Below, in pieces: positions 57,014-64,000 of a stretch of DNA of 64,000 bases. The translations under genes and the position numbers were made by a program. Source of the DNA: Trueperaceae bacterium (lineage in GTDB: Bacteria; Deinococcota; Deinococci; Deinococcales; Trueperaceae). Where the stretch lies: positions 3,648,001 to 3,712,000 of the forward strand of contig OZ243956.1 in the NCBI GenBank assembly GCA_965214405.1. The letters are read 5' to 3'. Positions within the stretch are counted from its first letter, which is position 1. The number at the start of each line of letters is the position of its first letter. The notes under the pieces are model-generated. The model was not told the DNA's origin, searched no databases, and saw only the letters and a list, made by a program, of their open reading frames with translations.

Positions 57014-58945
57014 TCACTCGGTCTTGCGCGTAAAATTTCTGTCTCCCATGATAAAAGAGTCAGGACCGGACACCGTGATGAAGTCGCGCTCGACTTTGCC
57101 GTTGCCGAAACGAAACTCAATCACGTTGCCCTGGATGGTGTAGGTGCCTGCATCGTCGCTGTTGCCGTAGGCCGAGGTGTAGGTGTCGCCCAAGGGGCTG
57201 CTCATCGAGGACAGGGATTGAGATGAGGAGGCGTAAGAAAAGGTGTTGTCGGGCTTAAAGTCGTAGTTCCATTCGCTGTAGGAGCTCGAGCACATCGAAA
57301 ACGGTCCGCAGAAGCCAAACGAGGAACCGGCGTTCGCCCAGAAAAGTCCGTCAAGCCTCGTCACCGTGTTCGCCGCAACGGGCGTGAGCGCTTCGCCGCT
57401 GATGACGGGCACCGCGCCGTCCAAAGAAAAGGGTTCAGGGTCGGCGTTCCCGATGCGGATGAGACCGTTACTCACCGCGTACGTGTCACAAAAGGGCGCG
57501 CCGTTGGGCTTGGTGCGGGTGCAGTCGATGTCCGCCGGGTCGCCCTCGGGCGCGCCATCAAACACGTAGCCGTTCGGGAAAAACCTATAGAAGTGCGGTT
57601 CCGACGTGGAAAAAGTTCCCTGTGAGACGAAGTCGTAGCGGTAAAAAAGACCGTCCAAGGCCTTTTCGGTGGGCGGCGCGGGCGGCGCGGCTCCTTCGCC
57701 GTACGTTTCAAAACTGACGGGCTCGCCCAAGCTTTCGCAGCTTAGCGAGAGTTCGCTCGAGCTATATACAAAGCCCGGATACCCCTTGCCGCTGCTCAGG
57801 GAGAGGTCAAAAGAGCGAAAGCCGTTGTCGGGCTCTTCCGTGTAGGACGAGGACTGCTCGGCAAAGGGTCCGGTCAGCCAGTCAATCTGTGAGCTGTTAT
57901 AGTCACTCGTCATGCCGGAGACGCTGTAGGTTCCGCTCGCCCCGCCGACACTGTACTGTCCTCCAGATGCAAGCTCCAACGCCTGCGCCTCGCCCGTCTC
58001 GGCGTCGCGGCAGGTGTAGGTGCCCGCTTGAGGGGTTTTAAGGCGAAATGTAGTAAGCGCCGCCCGCTCGCTCGAGCCCTGCTGATAGCAGCCAAAGCTG
58101 TAACTTGCGTCACCCAGCGTCACGCTACCCAAAGAAAAGCTCTGTCCAAAGTTGCTAAAATCAAGCTCGCCGTCCGCCTCCTTAAAGGGTCCGCTCAGCC
58201 AGGTTATTTCCGGCGAATAGGTGTCGGTACTCAGCGTATAGGTCCCGCCGCCGTACGAACTGAGGTACTGCCCCGGCGCGGAAAACTGCACAACGAGGCT
58301 CGAACTGCTGTAATCGGTCCCGCGCGCGTTATAGCAGTGAAATTCGTCCTGGATAAACGTTTCTTCTGGATTTACGCCCGCCGCGATGACCTCCGCGTAG
58401 CTGGGGCTCGTGATGGGCGGCAGGGCTCGAGCCTTGGGCAGCGGCGGGGGCGGCGGGTCCTCGCCGCTCAAGAGCGCGTAAAATTCGCGCAGGGTCCTAA
58501 ACTCGTCTGGATAATTCGTCAGCACGTCCCAATCGGGACTCTGCAAGAGGGCGGGAACGCTTTTACACCATTCGGCCTCGCGCCCGGTCGCCTTGGCGGT
58601 CAAGTCCTGCAACGCCGCCCCTGCAAACGAGTTTTGCATCTCCCCAAAAACCGCCCCGACCTCCGGTAACTGCTTGATTAGCTCCAAGATGGTCAGGCCG
58701 CTCGAGCTGTACCAGGCCGCCGCCGCCTCGCTCACGCCCGCCTCGGGCGCGTGTTGGGTGCAAAAGGTGACGTTGGCGTCCACAAAAGAGTCGAGCTGGA
58801 TGAGCGCCAGCGCCGCGTCGCTCATGGCCTGCACTTCGGCGTCTATCTCGGCGTCATCCTGGGCGGTATCTTGAGCCACTGCAAGGCTAAAAAAGGAACT
58901 AAAAATTAAAGTAACAAAAATCACGCTCAAAGACGCACGTATCAC
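57014..58945 (-). CDS. Large exported multi-domain protein with Cys pairs
   Basis: RBS GGGAG before GTG 58945; signal peptide ending AVAQ; internal repeat G.Y...GTY...I.WL.GPF x2. Confidence 0.72.
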   Translation of the reverse strand: MIRASLSVIFVTLIFSSFFSLAVAQDTAQDDAEIDAEVQAMSDAALALIQLDSFVDANVTFCTQHAPEAGVSEAAAAWYSSSGLTILELIKQLPEVGAVFGEMQNSFAGAALQDLTAKATGREAEWCKSVPALLQSPDWDVLTNYPDEFRTLREFYALLSGEDPPPPPLPKARALPPITSPSYAEVIAAGVNPEETFIQDEFHCYNARGTDYSSSSLVVQFSAPGQYLSSYGGGTYTLSTDTYSPEITWLSGPFKEADGELDFSNFGQSFSLGSVTLGDASYSFGCYQQGSSERAALTTFRLKTPQAGTYTCRDAETGEAQALELASGGQYSVGGASGTYSVSGMTSDYNSSQIDWLTGPFAEQSSSYTEEPDNGFRSFDLSLSSGKGYPGFVYSSSELSLSCESLGEPVSFETYGEGAAPPAPPTEKALDGLFYRYDFVSQGTFSTSEPHFYRFFPNGYVFDGAPEGDPADIDCTRTKPNGAPFCDTYAVSNGLIRIGNADPEPFSLDGAVPVISGEALTPVAANTVTRLDGLFWANAGSSFGFCGPFSMCSSSYSEWNYDFKPDNTFSYASSSQSLSSMSSPLGDTYTSAYGNSDDAGTYTIQGNVIEFRFGNGKVERDFITVSGPDSFIMGDRNFTRKTE

Positions 58946-59120
58946 TGATAACGCTCCCGACTTAAATAAACTCTGACGAAGCAAAATGTAAGCGGCGAAG
59001 GGGTAGAGGGGATTGTGGTGAAAAGGGTGAAAGAAGATAGGGACAAGGCTTTGACCTGTGAAAATCATACAGGCTGTGAGGGGTTGTGGCTAGTCCCGCT
59101 CGAGCGCACTTGCCACGCGC

Positions 59121-59552
59121 TCACCTGATAAACCGCCAGGACCACCACGGGTAATGATACTCACGCCTTTCCACCTCGAAGCCTTGACCGCAGTACAGAC
59201 ACCGGCAGACGTAATCCTCTTCAAAAGGTGCCAAGACGACCTCCTGAAAAATCTTGACGTGACCGGCTTCTTGCTCCCTCTCAGGGTCGTAAAACATGTT
59301 TTTGGTGTAGAGGTGGCAGAGACAGCCCTTGCGGTCGCGGATGAACATGAGCTTTTGGAGCGCGAACTCTAAGTGGCCCGCGTTGGGATAAAAAGCGCCG
59401 CCGAGGTCTACCCCGCGCGTGCGCCGCCGAATCTTGCTTATGTTCTTTGCGAGCTCCGCCAGTTCCTCTGGCTCCCGGAGCGTCCGGACGGCGTGGGCTC
59501 CTGACCAAATGCGGTGAGGGTCGCCTGAGGTGAGGTCTTCAAGGATGCTCAT
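59121..59552 (-). CDS. Hypothetical protein with Cys pairs (possible Zn-binding)
   Basis: CLC and CRCLYC; EREYHYPWWSW C-terminus. Confidence 0.65.
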   Translation of the reverse strand: MSILEDLTSGDPHRIWSGAHAVRTLREPEELAELAKNISKIRRRTRGVDLGGAFYPNAGHLEFALQKLMFIRDRKGCLCHLYTKNMFYDPEREQEAGHVKIFQEVVLAPFEEDYVCRCLYCGQGFEVERREYHYPWWSWRFIR

Positions 59553-59727
59553 GAGGGTTCCGGTGTGCTAAATATAACGCGCGGGCTTGGTGGGGGTGCG
59601 GGGGCTCGAGCCCACCCTATACAAGCAAAGATGAAATTTTAGATAAAAAACTTTCTGAAGCGTTCTCTCGGCCTCCATGTTTAAGGTGACTTGACGCTCT
59701 ACGTAAACAGGTCTGTTACCCTTTGGC

Positions 59728-60612
59728 ATGTCTGACACCACCCTTTTGCTCAAGCCTCACCAAGCCACTGCGTTAAGAAACGGCGAGCAGGTTGCCACGT
59801 TTCGCTATCGGCAGGACTATTGGCATTTTCAACCAGGCGAGTTCTTCTGCTCCTTTTCGTTTGATGAGGGAGTTGAAGACCGTCACGCCGTCGCGCAGCT
59901 CCTTTACGAAACCGCTCTGCCGCAGATGTTGGAGGACGGCGTGTTGCTCTTGCGCGCGGGTCTAAGCGAAGATGATGTCCTTTTGCCCACCCTGCTGCGT
60001 CTCGGGTTTCGCACCTACCGCCACGTATTCACCCCCGTTTTGGATGTGCGCACTTTTCCGGCGGAAACGTTAAAGCCGTTTGAAAATGATGCGCGGGCAC
60101 TCGGCTTCGACATCATGAGTTTGGCCGAACTTGGTATGGCTGACCCTAAAACCGACAGTGTGGTGGCAAAATTCCGCGCCCTTCACGATGAGGTGTACAG
60201 CGAGGGTTCAGGCGCAATCCCCGCTACGCCGCACCTTTTTTCGCTAGATGAGTGGCGTGAGGAGGTGTTTAATGAATTTTTGCCCGACGCGTGCTTTGTT
60301 GCGCTGCAAGGAGACGAGTACGCCGCCTTTGCCAATCTTTTTCCCGCCGCCCTCGTGCCGGAAAACCGGGGCCGAGAACTCGATACCGCCAACTTTGGGA
60401 CGAGCCGAGTTTTCCGGCACCACCACCGACCCGTTATGCTTGCCCTCTGGTCGCATCTTATCCGTTACGCCCAAGACCACAGTTACGAAACCATCCGCGC
60501 GGAAATCGACTCGGATTATCCCTGGATTTTAGAAGTCTGCGCCGAACTGCCGATGACGTTGGGCAAAGACTTTGTCAGCCTCGTGAGAGCGGTTCGTTGG
60601 AAGGTGCTTTAG
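59728..60612 (+). CDS. GNAT-like protein
   Basis: Two GNAT-like halves (LLRLGFR; GTSRVFRHH...YAQDHSYETI). Confidence 0.55.
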   Translation: MSDTTLLLKPHQATALRNGEQVATFRYRQDYWHFQPGEFFCSFSFDEGVEDRHAVAQLLYETALPQMLEDGVLLLRAGLSEDDVLLPTLLRLGFRTYRHVFTPVLDVRTFPAETLKPFENDARALGFDIMSLAELGMADPKTDSVVAKFRALHDEVYSEGSGAIPATPHLFSLDEWREEVFNEFLPDACFVALQGDEYAAFANLFPAALVPENRGRELDTANFGTSRVFRHHHRPVMLALWSHLIRYAQDHSYETIRAEIDSDYPWILEVCAELPMTLGKDFVSLVRAVRWKVL

Positions 60613-60667
60613 TGCTCTGCGGGGTGCTACACTCGAGGTCCAACGTTCTAGCCCCTCGAGGTACTTA

Positions 60668-61075
60668 ATGTTTGACACGCTCTACAAAGAAATCATCCTC
60701 GACCACTACAAACGCCCTCGCAACCGCGGCGAAATCGCCGGGGCCACCAGACGAGAAGGCCTCAACCCGTCGTGCGGGGACGAGCTGGTGCTTTTTTTAG
60801 ACGTCCGGGACGGCGTCATTCAAGACGCAAAGTTTACGGGCGAGGGTTGCGCGATAAGCCAGGCGAGCGCGTCGATGATGACGCAGGCCGTGCAGGGCAA
60901 GCCGGTGGGGGAGGCGTTGGAGCTGAGCCGCGCCTTTAAGGCGATGGTCCGGGGCGAGGCCCCCGCCGAGGCGCTGGGCGAGCTCAAGCTGTTGCAGGGC
61001 GTGTCGAAGCTGCACGCGCGGGTCAAGTGCGCGACGCTTTCCTGGGTCACGCTCGAGGAGGCGCTGGAAGATTAG
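60668..61075 (+). CDS. sufU: SUF-system NifU/SufU Fe-S scaffold or sulfur-transfer protein
   Basis: LYKEIILDHY, NPSCGD, GCAISQASASMM, RVKCA. Confidence 0.93.
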   Translation: MFDTLYKEIILDHYKRPRNRGEIAGATRREGLNPSCGDELVLFLDVRDGVIQDAKFTGEGCAISQASASMMTQAVQGKPVGEALELSRAFKAMVRGEAPAEALGELKLLQGVSKLHARVKCATLSWVTLEEALED

Positions 61076-61083
61076 GACCTGGT

Positions 61084-61611
61084 TTAGGGCGCTTCGACAA
61101 ACTCTAAGTCAGTCAAATCCGCTTCTAAGATTTCCTCTGCTGAAGTTTTATGGTCCGTTACGTCTTGTGCGCCAAGCGTGTCCAAAGAGCGTTCGTACGC
61201 GTTTAAGAGACCCCGGAACTGTTCACCAAAAAGCCTTTTTTCGCGCTTCAGGCGCTCCAGATCGGTTTCGGCCCGGCCCACCTTGTCCTCGGCCTCGCGG
61301 ATGAGGCGGTGCTTGGTGGCCTCGGCCTCCTGAATGACAATCTCGGCCTCGCGCTTGGCGTTCTGTTTGAGTTCGTTGCCGATGCGCTCGGCGGCGATGA
61401 CCGCGCGTTTCATCTCGGCCTCGGCGAGCTGGAGCGTCCCGATGGTTTCTTCTTGACGCGCCATCTGGTCGCGCAGGCGTTTGTTTTCGTCTAGCGCGCC
61501 CTCTAGCGCCTCGCCCGCGCGCGCCAAAAACTCGCGCACCTGCCGCTTGTTGTAGCCGCTCAGCGCGCCGTCAAAATCCTGATGTTCGACGTCGAGTGGA
61601 CTCAGTCTCAT
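61084..61611 (-). CDS. divIVA: DivIVA domain protein
   Basis: MRLSPLDVEHQDF...GYNKRQVREFL followed by coiled coil. Confidence 0.9.
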   Translation of the reverse strand: MRLSPLDVEHQDFDGALSGYNKRQVREFLARAGEALEGALDENKRLRDQMARQEETIGTLQLAEAEMKRAVIAAERIGNELKQNAKREAEIVIQEAEATKHRLIREAEDKVGRAETDLERLKREKRLFGEQFRGLLNAYERSLDTLGAQDVTDHKTSAEEILEADLTDLEFVEAP

Positions 61612-61772
61612 GGTGACCTCTTTAGCTCTGTGACTGCTCTTGAAAAGCCCTGCGGTGCCCAGCTTTCCGTATCGCCGCATCTTAACCGGGGGGTGGGCGG
61701 GAGTTTGTTAAATCTTTGTCACTTGGGTTTTAGTACGAGACTCACCGGTTTGGCCTTGACGCTCGTTCTGAT

Positions 61773-62411
61773 TTAGGTTCCCTCAAAAAGCGCCGAACCT
61801 ATCCTGACAAACGTCGCGCCCTCTTCAATCGCCACCTCGAAGTCGCCGCTCATGCCCATCGACAGGTCCTTGAGCCCCAACTTATCGCGGAGGTCGCGCA
61901 GCGCGCGGAACACAGGTCGCGCGTCTTCGGGACGGTCGCTGTAGGGCGCGATGGTCATGAGACCCAGGACCTCGACTTGGGAGAGGCCCCGCGCGTGCGC
62001 CACCAGCGCCTCCGCCTCGTCTGCCGCCGCCCCCTGTTTGGACGCCTCACCCGCCACGTTCACCTCGACCATCACCCGGAACACGTGCTCCCGCCGCTCG
62101 CCCTGGGTTTGCATGGCGTCGGCTAAGCGCACCGAATTGAGCGAATGAATCACGGAAAAGGGCGTGCAGTATTTGACCTTGTTCGTTTGCAAGTTGCCGA
62201 TGAAGTGCCACTCGATGTTCTCTAACACCTCTGCTTTGTCCCGCCACTCCTGCACCCGGTTCTCGCCCAGGACGCGGTGACCGTGCTCGAGCACAACCCG
62301 CTCGATGTCGCGCGGGTCGTGGCCCTTGGTAATCGCAACCAGCGTGACTTCAGCGGGGTCGCGTCCGGCGCGCTCACAGGCTTGCAGGATGCGCTCTTGA
62401 ACTTTAAGCAC
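61773..62411 (-). CDS. yggS: PLP homeostasis protein YggS/PLPBP
   Basis: LVAITK, GENRVQE, WHFIGNLQTNK, GLMTIAP, LSMGMSGDF, VRIGSALF; RBS GGGAGG before GTG 62411. Confidence 0.95.
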   Translation of the reverse strand: MLKVQERILQACERAGRDPAEVTLVAITKGHDPRDIERVVLEHGHRVLGENRVQEWRDKAEVLENIEWHFIGNLQTNKVKYCTPFSVIHSLNSVRLADAMQTQGERREHVFRVMVEVNVAGEASKQGAAADEAEALVAHARGLSQVEVLGLMTIAPYSDRPEDARPVFRALRDLRDKLGLKDLSMGMSGDFEVAIEEGATFVRIGSALFEGT

Positions 62412-62844
62412 GCGCCTCCCAGCCGTAAATATCAAACCAAAGTTCTGTTTGAGAGTGCTCGAGCGCCCGCTTAACATACGCAACCGTATTCTGCGGCAGC
62501 GCGTCCCGCGAAAACCAGGCGAGGTCGTCACACTTGTGAGGCTCGGCGTTGGTGATTTCACCCGACCAAGAGGAGGCGGTCAAAAAGAAGTCAATCCGCT
62601 CATCGTTACTCTTGCGGTGCATCGTTCCTACGACGCGCACATCATTTTCGGTAAGCGTGACACCGGCTTCTTCCTTCGCCTCACGCACCGCCGCCTGAAG
62701 GACCGTCTCACCCCCGTCTAAATGGCCCGCGACGACGCTGTAGTTGCCGTCTTCATAGCCGGTGTTGTGGCGGCGCAGGAGCAGCACATCGTTACCGCGA
62801 CAAAAGAAAACGTGTACATTGACGCAAACCTTGAACCTCGCCAT
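62404..62844 (-). CDS. NUDIX hydrolase
   Basis: GHLDGGETVLQAAVREAKEEAG Nudix box; NAEPHKCDDLAWF. Confidence 0.92.
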   Translation of the reverse strand: MARFKVCVNVHVFFCRGNDVLLLRRHNTGYEDGNYSVVAGHLDGGETVLQAAVREAKEEAGVTLTENDVRVVGTMHRKSNDERIDFFLTASSWSGEITNAEPHKCDDLAWFSRDALPQNTVAYVKRALEHSQTELWFDIYGWEARA

Positions 62845-62852
62845 TCAAATCT

Positions 62853-63698
62853 TCAAAACTCCCTTAGGACCGCCTTGACCAACTGCCGAAAGGTCGGGCC
62901 GCTCCGCGCGGCGGTCTCCAACACGTCATCACCTGTGGCGTGCTCCGCCCCGTCGGGCAGCGCCATGTCGGTCACTGACGAAAGGCCCAGGACGCGCATG
63001 TTGAGGTGGCGCGCGGTGATGACCTCGTGAACCGTGGACATGCCGATCGCGTCCGCGCCCCAGGCGCGAAACATCCGCAGCTCGGCGCGCGTCGCGTAGC
63101 TCGGGCCGGAGATAGCCAGATAGACGCCCTCGCGTAGCGAGATGTCTTCGGCCCTGGCGACGCGGCGAGCGAGTTCTATGTAATCCGCGTCAAACGCGTC
63201 GAACATGACCGGAAAGCGCGGGCCAAGCGCGTCATCGTTGGGGCCGATCAGCGGGTTGTCGCCGCTAAAATTGATGAAGTCGAGCCCCAGCATGAGGTCG
63301 CCCGCGCGCCAGTTCGGGTTCAAACCGCCGCAGGCGTTGGACACGAGCAGGCTGCTCGCGCCGAGGGCGTGCATGACCCGCACCGGAAAGGCTGTTTGGG
63401 CCGCGCTTAGACCCTCGTAAAAGTGCAAGCGGCCCTTCATGGCGACCACCTCGAGCCCGCTCAACGTACCCAGCACCAGCTCGCCCGCGTGACCGGGCGC
63501 GCTGCTCTCGCTGAAGCCGGGAATCTGCCCATATGAAATCACCGCCTCCGCGTCTATCTCGTCCGCCAGCGGCCCCAAACCCGAGCCGAGGATGAGGGCG
63601 ACGCGGGGCTCGAGCCGCGTGCGTTCACGAACGGCGGCGACGGCCTCCTTCAACCGCCGCGCGGTGTTCTGAGGTTCTGAAAGCGTAGACGTACTCAC
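62853..63698 (-). CDS. Purine nucleoside phosphorylase (trimeric PNP type)
   Basis: ILGSGLG, GHAG, GRLHFYEG, NPLIGPN, GPRFP, GPSY, GADAIGMSTVHE; TATAGT 7 nt before GTG 63698. Confidence 0.93.
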   Translation of the reverse strand: MSTSTLSEPQNTARRLKEAVAAVRERTRLEPRVALILGSGLGPLADEIDAEAVISYGQIPGFSESSAPGHAGELVLGTLSGLEVVAMKGRLHFYEGLSAAQTAFPVRVMHALGASSLLVSNACGGLNPNWRAGDLMLGLDFINFSGDNPLIGPNDDALGPRFPVMFDAFDADYIELARRVARAEDISLREGVYLAISGPSYATRAELRMFRAWGADAIGMSTVHEVITARHLNMRVLGLSSVTDMALPDGAEHATGDDVLETAARSGPTFRQLVKAVLREF

Positions 63699-63897
63699 GA
63701 AAAGCACTATAACAGTCATCACAACCCTGAAAATGCGCGGCGGGGGTGTGAAGCGAACCTGTAGGGCGTTGAGGATAGAGGAGACGCGCTTCTTCGCAAG
63801 TTGCTTAACCCGTCTTCCAAAAAAGTGTGAACCTGTTTCTTCGTCTTTTTTCGTGAATGATTAACGCGTTCTCACGCCGTCTCGGTTAAACTGGCGC

Positions 63898-64000
63898 ATG
63901 TTTCGTTCTTTTTTGTTCTGTACGCTGCTTTTATTACCCCTTATTTCCGCTTCGGCGACCGCTCAAACCACCCAAACCCAGTCCGGCGAGACCCTTTCGG
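63898..64000 (+). CDS. Exported protein, 3'-truncated by the window edge
   Basis: TAAACT 5 nt before ATG; MFRSFLFCTLLLLPLISASATAQ signal peptide, open to the end. Confidence 0.55.
   Translation, partial: MFRSFLFCTLLLLPLISASATAQTTQTQSGETLS

Overview
GC-rich chromosomal segment, most likely from a Deinococcota bacterium of Truepera type. This is an inference from a DdrI/SdrP-type CRP regulator, a TilS-TadA fusion, the recF-DUF721 pair and many leaderless TANNNT promoters. Housekeeping genes include deoB, tilS-tadA, trpE-trpG-(GT2)-trpD, trxA, mutS2, gpmI, recF, sufU, divIVA, yggS and a purine nucleoside phosphorylase. Also present are a TetR/FabH-like/acyl-CoA ligase/hydrolase/Liv-type ABC operon, three PIN-type toxin-antitoxin pairs (one toxin frameshifted) and many exported hypothetical proteins. 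I recognised no rRNA, tRNA, CRISPR array, transposase or integrase. Best leads: (1) a TetR-flanked divergent module. Two tandem P450s face a membrane protein with two PmoC-like D-x3-H...H motifs and two paralogous exported, C-terminally anchored proteins, one with an N-terminal His; this could be an undescribed copper/heme oxidative system. (2) About 10-fold over-representation of the palindrome CTCGAG, with GATC avoidance. (3) A structured uORF leader upstream of a RIO1-type kinase. (4) A C-rich-loop sRNA candidate, paired 25-bp Rrf2-like operators at an orphan Fe(III)-binding protein gene, and heptamer tandem repeats after stop codons. All family assignments come from motif recognition by eye; no database searches were run.
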